DNA from: a virus | Virus record (IMG/VR): IMGVR_UViG_3300046779_001442 | Span: 32,001 to 96,000 of that record | Length of the DNA: 64,000 nucleotides | Direction: 5' to 3' (one strand) | In this document: piece by piece, positions 1 through 9,856 of the stretch | How positions within the stretch are numbered: the stretch's first letter is position 1 | How the letters are laid out: each line of letters opens with the position of its first letter | Notes under the pieces: model-generated | Seen by the model: the letters and a program-made list of their open reading frames with translations, nothing else | What the model was told of the DNA's origin: nothing | The model's database searches: none | Made by a program: the position numbers and the translations under genes

Positions 1-335
1 TAACAGGTCCAATGCTTATTAATAATATATCTCACTATAACTCTGTAAGATTGCAGCAAGTTCAAAATATCTCTGTTAGACCATGGTTCCTAGTAAAAGA
101 GTCTGGAAGAGTCAAATTTGATTGGCGATATTGGGACGGAATATTCAAGTGGTTCGAAGTGCTCGTGCTTTCGTCTAGAAATTTCTACGGTATTGACCCA
201 TCCGATATATACAAGTCATACGTTGGAACTACCAGAATAATTATTGATGACAAGTCAATATTAAGGCTATTAAGGTCAAAGTATAGGGCAATAACAAACT
301 CTAATAGGCAAACTACAACTATTAATGCTGTTTAA
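1..335 (+). CDS. C-terminal part of a hypothetical (probably virion) protein, truncated by the window start
   Basis: Frame is open upstream of the ATG at 12 to the window edge; stop at 335, then a new promoter. Confidence 0.6.
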   Translation, partial: TGPMLINNISHYNSVRLQQVQNISVRPWFLVKESGRVKFDWRYWDGIFKWFEVLVLSSRNFYGIDPSDIYKSYVGTTRIIIDDKSILRLLRSKYRAITNSNRQTTTINAV

Positions 336-337
336 TA

Positions 338-353
338 TGGTATACTAGTGGTT
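338..353 (+). promoter_or_regulatory. Extended -10 promoter (TG-G-TATACT) for the head operon, leaderless start
   Basis: tggtatact 338-346, ATG at 354, no SD. Confidence 0.6.
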
Positions 354-731
354 ATGAAAAAGCAAAAACCACGTTTTCCTGGTCAGGTTGGAGAAACCAA
401 GGTTCAGGTAATTGAAGAAAACTTCTCTCTATTTGGTACCTATGTATGGACAAAGCCAAATGGCAAAGCATTTACAGATGGCCAGGGAAATGCCCTCTCC
501 ATTGAAGGCCTTAAAGATGACAAGGCAAAAATTAAAGAATTAGCTGATGCAGCAAAGTATTGGGGGCAGCCAGAAGGACGTGCCGTATTCTATCCAAACA
601 TGAGAAAGATCTCAGACGAAGAGTACTCTGAGCAAGTAGATAGAATGAACAATGGTCTAATTCCATCTATGAATGACCTTGGTGCAGTTATTGCTGCAAA
701 GAAAACTCTAGAGCTTTATGGAGACGAATAA
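354..731 (+). CDS. Hypothetical protein preceding portal
   Basis: ORF coupled to portal (TAATG overlap); start moved to ATG 354. Confidence 0.75.
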   Translation: MKKQKPRFPGQVGETKVQVIEENFSLFGTYVWTKPNGKAFTDGQGNALSIEGLKDDKAKIKELADAAKYWGQPEGRAVFYPNMRKISDEEYSEQVDRMNNGLIPSMNDLGAVIAAKKTLELYGDE

Positions 732-2368
732 TGTCAGACGAAATTCTTTATATTAATGCTTCGCTACCAGAAGAATCTACAGAGGTAGATGCGTTTAAAG
801 CACAAGACCCATTCTCAAAGTCTTGGGAAGACCTCAAGCTATTTAATGGCCTGGAAAAGAATTTTAAGCGTCGTTCAGACAGAATGTCTAAAGCAGCAGA
901 CCCACTTCTAGAAAGTAGGGTAGTTAATACTAATGTAGATGTTACATCTTTGGGGTATCAAGATTCAGCACTAGCCGTTAGATCTGGAAAAGATGGTGCA
1001 AGATCAAAAGAGATCAATCCTGGTTCGGTATTTAGGAATGGTTACGGAATATTTGATGTAATTACTCCACCATGGAACCTATATGAACTAGCAAATTATT
1101 ATGACACATCTTTTGCTAATCACGCTGCCATTGACGCAAAGGTAGAAAACATTGTTGGTCTTGGCTACGACTTTGAGGTATCAAAAAGAACAATGATGAC
1201 ACTTGATGCACAAGCCAATGAAAGTGCTTTAGAAAAAGCAAAGAAGCGTATTGAAAGAATGAAGGTAGAGCTTCGTGATTGGCTAGAGGGTTTAAATTCA
1301 GATGAATCTTTCACTAACATTATGATGAAAGTAATGACAGACTTTGAGGCTACTGGAAACGGATACCTTGAGATTGGAAGAACAGTAACTGGAGAGATCG
1401 GATATGTTGGACACATACCATCGACAACTATGCGTGTTCGTAGAATGCGTGATGGATATGTTCAGATTATTGGTCAAAGGGTTGTATACTTCCGTAACTT
1501 TGGTGCAAATAATCCTAACCCAATTACTGCAGATCCAAGACCAAACGAGATCATTCACTTTAAGTCATATTCGCCACTAAATACTTTTTATGGTGTTCCA
1601 GATATTATTTCTGCAATTGGTTCTCTACATGGAGATCAGCTTGCTTCACAGTACAACATTGATTATTTTGGCAACAAGGGTGTTCCAAGATATGTTGTAA
1701 CCCTAAAGGGTGCAAGGCTATCTGAAGATGCAGAAGACAAGATGTTTAGATTCTTGCAGACAAATCTAAAGGGTAGCCACCACAGAACTCTTTACATCCC
1801 ACTTCCTGGAGACTCAGATACAAACAAGGTAGAATTTAAGATGGAGCCAGTTGAGACTGGAACTCAGGAAGCATCTTTTAATGAATACAGAATTCGCAAT
1901 CGTGATGACATTCTTGTAGCACACCAGGTCCCACTCTCTAAGATTGGTGGAGGTGACTCTGCTGCGATTGCTGCTGCTCTTGCACAAGATCGTACATTCA
2001 AGGAGCAGGTAGCTCGTCCTAGACAAGATGCTATTCAGAAAATGATCAACAAAATGATCAAAGAGAAGACAGATATCCTTGAGTTTAAGTTTAATGAGTT
2101 AACACTTACTGATGAAATTGCTCAGTCACAGATCCTTGAAAGATATGTAAAGAACATGATTATTGTTCCAGACGAAGCACGTGACATTTTGGGTATGGGT
2201 CCAAGACCTGATGGAGATGGAAACAAGCCACTAGAGCTAAAGCCAAAAGAAGCTCCAAACAGCACTGGCAATGATGCAAGAGATGCTGAAAGAACTAATA
2301 ATGCATCTGATAGTACGGCAACGATTGCTGGAAGAAATCCAAAAGGTGAAGGAAGAGCCAGTCAATAA
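731..2368 (+). CDS. Portal protein
   Basis: 545 aa; GNGYLE, EIIHFK..SP....YGVP, YFGNKGVP and IL.AHQVP motifs; position before protease and capsid. Confidence 0.93.
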   Translation: MSDEILYINASLPEESTEVDAFKAQDPFSKSWEDLKLFNGLEKNFKRRSDRMSKAADPLLESRVVNTNVDVTSLGYQDSALAVRSGKDGARSKEINPGSVFRNGYGIFDVITPPWNLYELANYYDTSFANHAAIDAKVENIVGLGYDFEVSKRTMMTLDAQANESALEKAKKRIERMKVELRDWLEGLNSDESFTNIMMKVMTDFEATGNGYLEIGRTVTGEIGYVGHIPSTTMRVRRMRDGYVQIIGQRVVYFRNFGANNPNPITADPRPNEIIHFKSYSPLNTFYGVPDIISAIGSLHGDQLASQYNIDYFGNKGVPRYVVTLKGARLSEDAEDKMFRFLQTNLKGSHHRTLYIPLPGDSDTNKVEFKMEPVETGTQEASFNEYRIRNRDDILVAHQVPLSKIGGGDSAAIAAALAQDRTFKEQVARPRQDAIQKMINKMIKEKTDILEFKFNELTLTDEIAQSQILERYVKNMIIVPDEARDILGMGPRPDGDGNKPLELKPKEAPNSTGNDARDAERTNNASDSTATIAGRNPKGEGRASQ

Positions 2369-2442
2369 TAAAATGTGATATAATAGTACAAAATGTTATA
2401 AAAACGTAATATTGCAAAAAAAGGCTCTATAATTATACTACG

Positions 2443-3768
2443 ATGACTATTTCTAAGGCAAACTGGACTACAGACGGCACAGACATCCGCCTGTCAATGC
2501 CCCTTTCTAAGGTGGACGAAGAAAAGCGTATCGTTTCTGGTTTTGCCACACTAGACAACCTAGATAAGCAGGCAGATATCGTAACCCCAGAAGCAAGCCT
2601 TAACGCATTTAAGAGATTCCGTGGAAATATTCGTGAAATGCACCAGCCAATTTCAGTTGGCAAGATGGTTTCATTTAAAGAAGAAAAGTTTTTTGATCCA
2701 GAGACAAAGAAGATGTATAACGGCATCTATGTTTCTGCATATGTTTCAAAGGGTGCTCAGGACACTTGGGAAAAGGTCCTTGATGGCACCCTTTCTGGTT
2801 TTTCTATCGGCGGTAGAATGAACAAGTGGGATGATGCATATGATGAGAAGATGGATTCTGCAGTTCGTATTATCAAAGACTACGACCTAACAGAGTTATC
2901 ACTTGTTGACAATCCAGCTAACCAATTTGCCAATATTCTTTCTGTACAGAAGTCAGATGGTGTAATTACTGGTATCGCAGTAGACACAGTAATTGAAAAT
3001 GTTTTTTATGATAAAGAGGCTGGCATCGCAATCCTGTCTGAAGAAGAATCAGCCAATAGTCCAATATCAGGTGAGCCAATGCAGAATATAGGTTTCGTTG
3101 AAAAGAATGACAGCGAAAAATCAGAAATGATAAAATTCTTAGTTGATAGTGCTAAAGGCATTAATCTTGCTAAGATGACAAAGGAGGTAAGTCCTATGAC
3201 AGAAGAGACAACAATTGATGCAACAGTAGAAAAAGCTGATGCAGCAGATACCGTTGTTGACAATGCACAGGTCGCTCCAGAGGCAGAAGTTGTGGCAGAT
3301 GCTCCAGCAGAAGACGTTGAAAAGTCTGACGTTGTTGAGAAGAGCGATGACAAAGATGAAGATGACAAGCCAGAAGCCGAAGCTACTATGAAGTCAGATG
3401 ATATGTCTGATGAAGAGGAAGAAGAGGAAGAGGCTAAGAAGTCAGATGATGGCGAAGAGGTTTCAAAGGCAATTGCCGAAATGAAAGACTCTGTAACATC
3501 AGCCTTTAGCGATCTTGTATCAACAATTAAGTCAATGCAAGAAGAAATTTCAGTATTGACCAAATCACTAGATTCAGTAAAAAATGAGGTTTCTGAATCA
3601 AAGAGTGTATTTAACGAGTTTGGAAAGAGAGTAGATGCTGTAGAAGCAGACACAGCTTTCCGCAAGTCTGGCGATATCGGCGATATCGTGCAGGAACAGC
3701 CTGAGACACAGGTTGAAAAATCAATATGGGGCGGACGTTTCCTCAAAACTGCCGATCTATTCAGATAA
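2443..3768 (+). CDS. HK97-type prohead protease fused to acidic coiled-coil scaffold
   Basis: REMH, GFSIGG and ELSLVDNPAN motifs; acidic/coiled-coil C-terminal half. Confidence 0.9.
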   Translation: MTISKANWTTDGTDIRLSMPLSKVDEEKRIVSGFATLDNLDKQADIVTPEASLNAFKRFRGNIREMHQPISVGKMVSFKEEKFFDPETKKMYNGIYVSAYVSKGAQDTWEKVLDGTLSGFSIGGRMNKWDDAYDEKMDSAVRIIKDYDLTELSLVDNPANQFANILSVQKSDGVITGIAVDTVIENVFYDKEAGIAILSEEESANSPISGEPMQNIGFVEKNDSEKSEMIKFLVDSAKGINLAKMTKEVSPMTEETTIDATVEKADAADTVVDNAQVAPEAEVVADAPAEDVEKSDVVEKSDDKDEDDKPEAEATMKSDDMSDEEEEEEEAKKSDDGEEVSKAIAEMKDSVTSAFSDLVSTIKSMQEEISVLTKSLDSVKNEVSESKSVFNEFGKRVDAVEADTAFRKSGDIGDIVQEQPETQVEKSIWGGRFLKTADLFR

Positions 3769-3789
3769 AATCACTTAGGAGGTGACAAT

Positions 3790-4923
3790 ATGTCGGAAGA
3801 AATTAAGAAAAACAACCCTGATGCTGCAGGTGCTGACTCTGGTCTTTTTAACGGAGAAGGTGCTTTCGCTTCAGGTTCAACAGCTGGTGCTAATGTTCCA
3901 GGTAACTACACTGATGGTGGTGCTATTGGTAACATCCCAACAGCTAACTTTGGAGTAACTACAGGAGCTAACGCAGTAAATCCTTCAGGTGAGGCTGGCA
4001 GTGGTATTCTACGCCCTGAGCAGGCACGTCGTTTTATCGACTATGTTTGGGACGCAACTGTTCTTGCTAACGATGGTCGTCGTGTAACAATGAGAGCTAA
4101 CACCATGGAACTTGAGAAGGTAAACGTTGGTGAGCGTGTAATCCGTGCAGCTGCACAGGCAAACGGTGACTACACAAACACTGGTGCTACATTCTCTAAG
4201 GTAGAACTTACAACCAAGAAGATTCGTCTTGACTGGGAAGTTTCTGCTGAAGCTCTAGAAGATGGTATTGAAGGTGGTGCTCTTGAGGATCACCTAGTAC
4301 GTCTAATGACCAACGCATTCGCCAATGACATTGAGGACCTTGCCATTAATGGTACAGGTACAGGTAGCGATTCATTCTTGTCAATCATGAATGGTTTCGT
4401 TAACAAGGTCAAGAATGATGGAGATGCACACGAGGCAGTAGTTACTGTTGCTGACAATGCATGGACTCCAGAAGTCATGCAGAAGATTATCCTTGCTATG
4501 CCACGTAAGTACCGTGCACTTAAGAACAACCTTAAGTTCTACGCTGGTACTGATGCATTCCAGGGTATCGTAAAGCACAATGGTACTCTTGCTGACGCAA
4601 TTGCTGAAGCATTTGCTGGTACTCCAGCAGGTACCCCTGCAAACCGTCAGGCTTACCTAGACGGTGCTGGTCAAACATTCGGTGGAGCACGTACAACTCG
4701 TGTTCTCGGTGTAGACGTTCAGGAAGTTCCATACTACCCAGAAGGCTACGTTGACCTTACATTCCCAGCTAACCGTGTTTGGGGTATGCAGAGAGACATC
4801 ACTGTAAACCGTGAATACAAGCCAAAGAAGGACACCATTGAATACACAGTATTCGTTCGCTTTGGTATTCAGTGGGAAGAGCAGGACGCTATTGCGTTCG
4901 CTGACGCTGCTGCAGATGCATAG
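3790..4923 (+). CDS. Major capsid protein (HK97 fold)
   Basis: GILRPEQARRFID, EDLAINGTG; SD ggaggt; high-expression codon bias; follows protease. Confidence 0.92.
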   Translation: MSEEIKKNNPDAAGADSGLFNGEGAFASGSTAGANVPGNYTDGGAIGNIPTANFGVTTGANAVNPSGEAGSGILRPEQARRFIDYVWDATVLANDGRRVTMRANTMELEKVNVGERVIRAAAQANGDYTNTGATFSKVELTTKKIRLDWEVSAEALEDGIEGGALEDHLVRLMTNAFANDIEDLAINGTGTGSDSFLSIMNGFVNKVKNDGDAHEAVVTVADNAWTPEVMQKIILAMPRKYRALKNNLKFYAGTDAFQGIVKHNGTLADAIAEAFAGTPAGTPANRQAYLDGAGQTFGGARTTRVLGVDVQEVPYYPEGYVDLTFPANRVWGMQRDITVNREYKPKKDTIEYTVFVRFGIQWEEQDAIAFADAAADA

Positions 4924-4945
4924 TCTGTAAACAGTACCTTTTTAG

Positions 4946-4975
4946 GGGGCAGGGGCATCCAAGCTCCTGCCCCTT
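4946..4975 (+). terminator. Hairpin after capsid gene
   Basis: ggggcaggggc-atccaa-gctcctgcccc; weak U-tract. Confidence 0.6.
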
Positions 4976-5022
4976 ATCTCATATAATAATGTATAATATA
5001 CATAGACATTTAAGGAGGAATT

Positions 5023-5481
5023 ATGTCCGAAGAAATCAAAAATGAAGATGTAGTCCCAGCATCAGTTGTAGCAGATGAACCGATTGTTGCACCAGAAGTT
5101 GCAGAAAAGGCAGCTGAGGTTGTAGCTGAAATCGTTGCTGAAGCAAAGATTGAAGAAGCACCAAAGACAGCAGAAGATGTTATTACAACTAACGCAGCTC
5201 CTGCAGCTACTGAAAAGCCAGCTCTTGGCTCAGTGTCAGATGGTGTGATTGGAACATCAACAGTTAAGTCAGTCAAGAAAGCTACTGCACCTAAGAAGGC
5301 AGAAGAGAAGAGAGACGATGTAGTCGCAGTATATTCTCCAAAGAATATTCACTGGGAAGGCGTTGGAAGACTTTCAAAGGGCTTTAATGTTGTATCTAAG
5401 GATGCAGCAGCCAAGTGGCTTACACGAGATGGTGTCAGAGCAGCTGATCCAAAAGAAGTTGCTAAGGGATACGGTCTATAA
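5023..5481 (+). CDS. Ala/Glu/Lys-rich head-associated hypothetical protein
   Basis: SD aaggagg; between capsid and neck genes. Confidence 0.7.
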   Translation: MSEEIKNEDVVPASVVADEPIVAPEVAEKAAEVVAEIVAEAKIEEAPKTAEDVITTNAAPAATEKPALGSVSDGVIGTSTVKSVKKATAPKKAEEKRDDVVAVYSPKNIHWEGVGRLSKGFNVVSKDAAAKWLTRDGVRAADPKEVAKGYGL

Positions 5482-5483
5482 TA

Positions 5484-6362
5484 ATGGAGATATTGAGAGT
5501 TCCGTCAAGTGTTATTGCCTATAAGGTTACTGGGCTTACCCCAGGGGCAGAGTATTCGTACACTGTTCTAACCTTGGCGGATCACTCAGTACTTTCTCAA
5601 ACAGGAACAGCAGATAGTGATGGTTCGCTATCCGTAGTACTGCCATCAAATATCGATGGGGACTATGAAATCACAATTGATGGAGAAACATATGATGTAT
5701 CAGTAGTAAGGCCATATGTAGATCCAAACACAAAGGGAGACACTGCTTCTGAAATACAGGCATATGCAGAGAATGAGGAAATTGCTAGAGCAATTATTGA
5801 CTCAATCATTGCACCTGGATTTTATTACAAGAGGTATGTACTAGATACAGTTGGAAATGGTTCTGACTATATTCCACTATGGGTAGATGCAAAAAAGGTT
5901 TTAAAAGTTTATGAAAACAATGTATGTATTTACGATGCGGATGATGCAGCAAACTACCAACGCTCATTTAAGATAACAGAAGATAAGACTGCCGTAGTTG
6001 AAGACTACCCTGGCATGGTCAATAGATCAGAAGGTCCAAACGTTATCTTGCCACTTGCTGCATCAGACAATGGTTCTGTAATTTACTTTACTGGTGGATT
6101 TGTGAAGAATGCAGACTATAAGATTGTTCTAGAGATAGGACACAAAAATATACCGTCAGACATTGTCAGAGCAACCAGTTTGTTGGTTGACGACCTTGCA
6201 TGTGGAAAGTTAGAATATTACAAGAGATTTGTTACTGCATACAATACAGATCAATTCAGAATTCAATTTGATAAGTCAAGTTTTGAGGGAACTGGAAACA
6301 TTATAGTAGACAAAATACTTTCAAAGTATAACAAGTCTATTCTTAAACTTGGGGTGTTGTAA
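5484..6362 (+). CDS. Head-to-tail adaptor
   Basis: Synteny; IPSDIVRAT and GTGNIIVDKILSKY C-terminal motifs. Confidence 0.7.
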   Translation: MEILRVPSSVIAYKVTGLTPGAEYSYTVLTLADHSVLSQTGTADSDGSLSVVLPSNIDGDYEITIDGETYDVSVVRPYVDPNTKGDTASEIQAYAENEEIARAIIDSIIAPGFYYKRYVLDTVGNGSDYIPLWVDAKKVLKVYENNVCIYDADDAANYQRSFKITEDKTAVVEDYPGMVNRSEGPNVILPLAASDNGSVIYFTGGFVKNADYKIVLEIGHKNIPSDIVRATSLLVDDLACGKLEYYKRFVTAYNTDQFRIQFDKSSFEGTGNIIVDKILSKYNKSILKLGVL

Positions 6363-6811
6363 TGGTAGTATGCGAAAAGACAGATTTCGTATTTCCAATG
6401 ACTGCAGAGGTTTTCTATCCTACTGTTGAGCAGGGTGCCTATGGCAATGTAAAGAAAACTTGGATTCATAATAAAACTGTCGCATGCTACTTTGCATCAG
6501 CTGCAGGTGCAGCAAAAGAAGAAGTTATCCCAAATGTAAATATTACAAAAGAGCTAATTTTGGTTGGTAGGGTCAAATCTGACATTAGAGTAAATGCTCA
6601 GCAAGATGGTCAAGCAATAACCAATATTGTTATTAGCAATATCAAGGATACTGTTGGAGCAAGTATTTATATCGAGACCTCTGGTGTGCGTGATGGAAAG
6701 GCAACCATTTTTGAAATTGCATCACAAGAACCTATCGTTGGCCCATTTGGAACAGTTGAATACTACAAGGTTGTATTGCGTAGATCTGAAAACCAGGGGG
6801 TAGATGTTTAA
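6362..6811 (+). CDS. Head-to-tail stopper
   Basis: Synteny, 149 aa beta-rich, QGAYGNVKKTW. Confidence 0.6.
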   Translation: MVVCEKTDFVFPMTAEVFYPTVEQGAYGNVKKTWIHNKTVACYFASAAGAAKEEVIPNVNITKELILVGRVKSDIRVNAQQDGQAITNIVISNIKDTVGASIYIETSGVRDGKATIFEIASQEPIVGPFGTVEYYKVVLRRSENQGVDV

Positions 6812-7482
6812 TGCTATCAATAACTTGGGACGATAAACAGTTTAATAGAGAGATGAATAATCTTATTCAGTATTCAATTGGATACCTTGACGGTGTTCAG
6901 TCTGGCAAAAATGCATTTCTAAATAATCTTGGAAGATCGACTGTAGAGGCACTAAAGGATTTTGTTGACTCAATGGCAAGAGTAGACCACCAAATGCTAC
7001 ACCATGTATATGAGTGGAATCAGACAGGAAATCCATCAGCCAGACTTTTTGAAATTGGATACTCAGTTGCAAATGGTGGATTATCCATCAACTCAACACT
7101 AACGCAGTCTAAGATAGCTGCTGCTGGAGCAACAAGACCATTCTATAATAAAGCATCTATTATGGAAAATGGTGTACCAATAACTATTACACCAAGAAAG
7201 AAAGCCCTGCGTTTTGAAGTAGATGGAGAAACTATATTTACTAAGAAGCCAGTAACAATCACAAATCCAGGTGGGCGAGAGGTTCAAGGCGGATTTGAGC
7301 AAACTATGAGCACATTCTTTAATAGCTACTTCTCACAAGCTTTCCTTGAAAGAAGTGGAATTAACAAATACCTACAGACACCAACACTGTATGACAAATA
7401 CCTAGTTACTGGAATGAAGGTTGGTCGTTCTGTTGGACTTTCTGCAGGGTATAACTGGATGGCAAAGGCAGGTAACGAATAA
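6811..7482 (+). CDS. Neck / tail completion protein
   Basis: Synteny; LHHVYEW motif. Confidence 0.5.
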   Translation: MLSITWDDKQFNREMNNLIQYSIGYLDGVQSGKNAFLNNLGRSTVEALKDFVDSMARVDHQMLHHVYEWNQTGNPSARLFEIGYSVANGGLSINSTLTQSKIAAAGATRPFYNKASIMENGVPITITPRKKALRFEVDGETIFTKKPVTITNPGGREVQGGFEQTMSTFFNSYFSQAFLERSGINKYLQTPTLYDKYLVTGMKVGRSVGLSAGYNWMAKAGNE

Positions 7483-8018
7483 TGTCAATACATTATCCAC
7501 CAGCATTCATTAATGCATATTTAGCAGAAAAAATTCCTGCAGATTTAGGTCCAGAAAGATTTGGGAATGGCTTAATGAAGTTCTTTCCAGCAAGCCCAAC
7601 AGACATAGAGGCACTAACTGAAACATTCCCAGATGCGTCAGCAAATGTCTTTGCAGTGTATGACAGAATGCTAAAAATGAGACGTAGTCCATTTCCACAT
7701 ACTAAGTCAGAACAGCTACTGTATTATTTTTATAAGATGGCAGGAGATCCAGTAGATCTCATAGAGGCCACCCAGGTTGTTCAAGACCTACTAGATAGAG
7801 AAGATGAATCAGCTCAAGAGCTAAATGCTTGGATTAAGGCAAAGCAGGCATCAAATAGTCCAGTAACAGACGATGCAGGAGAACCACTGCCAATGCCATT
7901 TTTTCATAAAATCCGAATATATCAGCTAGAAGAAACAAGGGACCTGATTGATTTTGGCACTGCCAGAACATACGCAGGCAACAAAATAATTATTGATTAC
8001 GACTGGCATAAATCGTAA
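7482..8018 (+). CDS. Tail terminator-like protein
   Basis: Last neck gene before major tail protein. Confidence 0.5.
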   Translation: MSIHYPPAFINAYLAEKIPADLGPERFGNGLMKFFPASPTDIEALTETFPDASANVFAVYDRMLKMRRSPFPHTKSEQLLYYFYKMAGDPVDLIEATQVVQDLLDREDESAQELNAWIKAKQASNSPVTDDAGEPLPMPFFHKIRIYQLEETRDLIDFGTARTYAGNKIIIDYDWHKS

Positions 8019-8094
8019 TTCTATAATAAAGGGCGGTATACTTATAACGAGGAAACAAACGCCCACTTATCCATAAAATAAGAGGTGAAAAAAT

Positions 8095-8703
8095 ATGGCA
8101 TATACACGTGGTACAAGTGCAAACATCATCGTTGGTGCTGCTGCTCTCTTCACATACGAAGTGGGCACACTATCAGATGCTGCTTTGCCAACATATACTG
8201 CAGGTCAGTCATTCAAGGAAGATCTAACTTCCGACACTGACTTCCGTAATATTGGTTATACCAGTAACGGTCTTGAGTTGCAGTTCCAGCCTGACTTCGG
8301 TGAAGTACAGGTAGACCAGGTTCTTGACGTTGCTAAGCTTTACAAGCAAGGCATGCAGGTTAACCTAAATACCACTTTTGCTGAGGCTACACTTGAGAAT
8401 TTGCTCTTTGCTCTCGCAAGCAAGGATACAAACCTTACTTCAGGTACTGGCCTACAGACCCTCAACCTATCTGCAGGTGAACTTGGCGAATGCCCAGTTG
8501 AGCGTGGATTGGTTGCAGTTGGTCCTGGTACAGGTGACTGTGCAGCAGATGAGGAAAGAATCTATGTTGCTTACCGTGCACTCTCAATTGAGAATGTTAC
8601 AGTAGCAGCAAAGCGTGACGAAGCTACCCAATTCGAGGTATCATTCCGTCTGCTTCCAAACGACTCAGCATCTTACGGAAAGATTGTTGACCGTACATTC
8701 TAA
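8095..8703 (+). CDS. Major tail tube protein
   Basis: NIIVGAA, GYTSNG, EATLENL motifs; SD gaggtg; upstream -10 TATACT. Confidence 0.85.
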   Translation: MAYTRGTSANIIVGAAALFTYEVGTLSDAALPTYTAGQSFKEDLTSDTDFRNIGYTSNGLELQFQPDFGEVQVDQVLDVAKLYKQGMQVNLNTTFAEATLENLLFALASKDTNLTSGTGLQTLNLSAGELGECPVERGLVAVGPGTGDCAADEERIYVAYRALSIENVTVAAKRDEATQFEVSFRLLPNDSASYGKIVDRTF

Positions 8704-8722
8704 TAATTTAATATAGAGAAGG

Positions 8723-8760
8723 CTGCCCTGGGAGAAAACTCCTGGGGCAGTTTTATTTTT
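8723..8760 (+). terminator. Intrinsic terminator after major tail gene
   Basis: ctgccctgggag-aaaa-ctcctggggcag followed by ttttattttt. Confidence 0.8.
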
Positions 8761-8774
8761 GCTATAATAGTTTA

Positions 8775-9470
8775 ATGGCTACTAGCGTTTACGAAAAGGG
8801 TACTGTCGAGACAATTGATGGAATAGATATTGAACTATCTCCACTCAAAATTAAGTATCTAAGAGAGTTTATGGAGTCTTTTAGATTTTTAAAAGAATCT
8901 GTAAATGATGAAATGGCACTTACATTTATGTCTGATTGCGTCAGGATAGCCATGAAGCAGTTTTATCCAACTATATCGAGTGTCAGAGATGTGGAAGATA
9001 GGTTTGACCTACAGACTGTAAAAAGGATACTTGAGATTGTTGCTGGTATTAACATTAATCCAGAAGAAGAAGATTTAGCTAAACAAGCAAAAAATGACAA
9101 AGAAGGTACAAGCTGGGAAGAATTTGACCTAGTTCCACTAGAGGCAGAGATATTCATGCTTGGCATTTGGAAGGACTTTGAGGAGCTAGAAAGCTCAATA
9201 TCAATGCCAGAGCTAAGAGCACTACTTGATTCAAAACGAGAAAAAGATTATCAGGATAAAAAGTTTGCAGCAGCACTACAGGGTGTTGATCTAGATGAGC
9301 AAAGTGGCAGAAAAGAAGAGGACCCATGGGAAGCAATGAAAGCAAGAGTCTTTAGTGGTGGCAAAACAGATGATGCTAGTAGTATTTTGGCATATCAGGG
9401 TGCCAATGCAAGCAAAGCAGGCTTTGGAATTGGTATGGGGTTAGACTACGAAGATTTACGTTCAAATTAA
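8775..9470 (+). CDS. Tail assembly chaperone, long GT-like form (leaderless)
   Basis: N-terminal half paralogous to 9527..9838; extra C-terminal domain; TG-C-TATAAT 6 nt before ATG. Confidence 0.75.
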   Translation: MATSVYEKGTVETIDGIDIELSPLKIKYLREFMESFRFLKESVNDEMALTFMSDCVRIAMKQFYPTISSVRDVEDRFDLQTVKRILEIVAGININPEEEDLAKQAKNDKEGTSWEEFDLVPLEAEIFMLGIWKDFEELESSISMPELRALLDSKREKDYQDKKFAAALQGVDLDEQSGRKEEDPWEAMKARVFSGGKTDDASSILAYQGANASKAGFGIGMGLDYEDLRSN

Positions 9471-9526
9471 AGACTTGCTGTGATATAATAATATCACCAC
9501 ATCGTATATGTTCATAAGGAGGAACA

Positions 9527-9838
9527 GTGTCTACAGAAAAGAAAACAATCACTCTTATTGACGGAACAGAAATTGAAATCAGACCACTAAAGGTGTCTCT
9601 ACTGCGTCAATTTATGAAAAAGTTTGAGGGCCTTGCAAAGGTCGCTGATAACAATGACAAGTCAATGGATCTACTAATTGAATGCGTACAAATTGCAATG
9701 CAGCAGTATGCACCAGAGTTTGCCGAAGACAAGGCAAAGCTTGAAGATAACATTGACCTACCAACAGTGTACAAAATCGTTGAAGAAGCATCAGGAGCAG
9801 ATCTTGGTGGGCAAGGATTGAGTTCACTTCAAGGATAA
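9527..9838 (+). CDS. Tail assembly chaperone, short G-like form
   Basis: Directly before tape measure; own TG-A-TATAAT (9481-9489) and SD aaggagga. Confidence 0.75.
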   Translation: MSTEKKTITLIDGTEIEIRPLKVSLLRQFMKKFEGLAKVADNNDKSMDLLIECVQIAMQQYAPEFAEDKAKLEDNIDLPTVYKIVEEASGADLGGQGLSSLQG

Positions 9839-9856
9839 CTGGGAGTGCAAGGTTGA

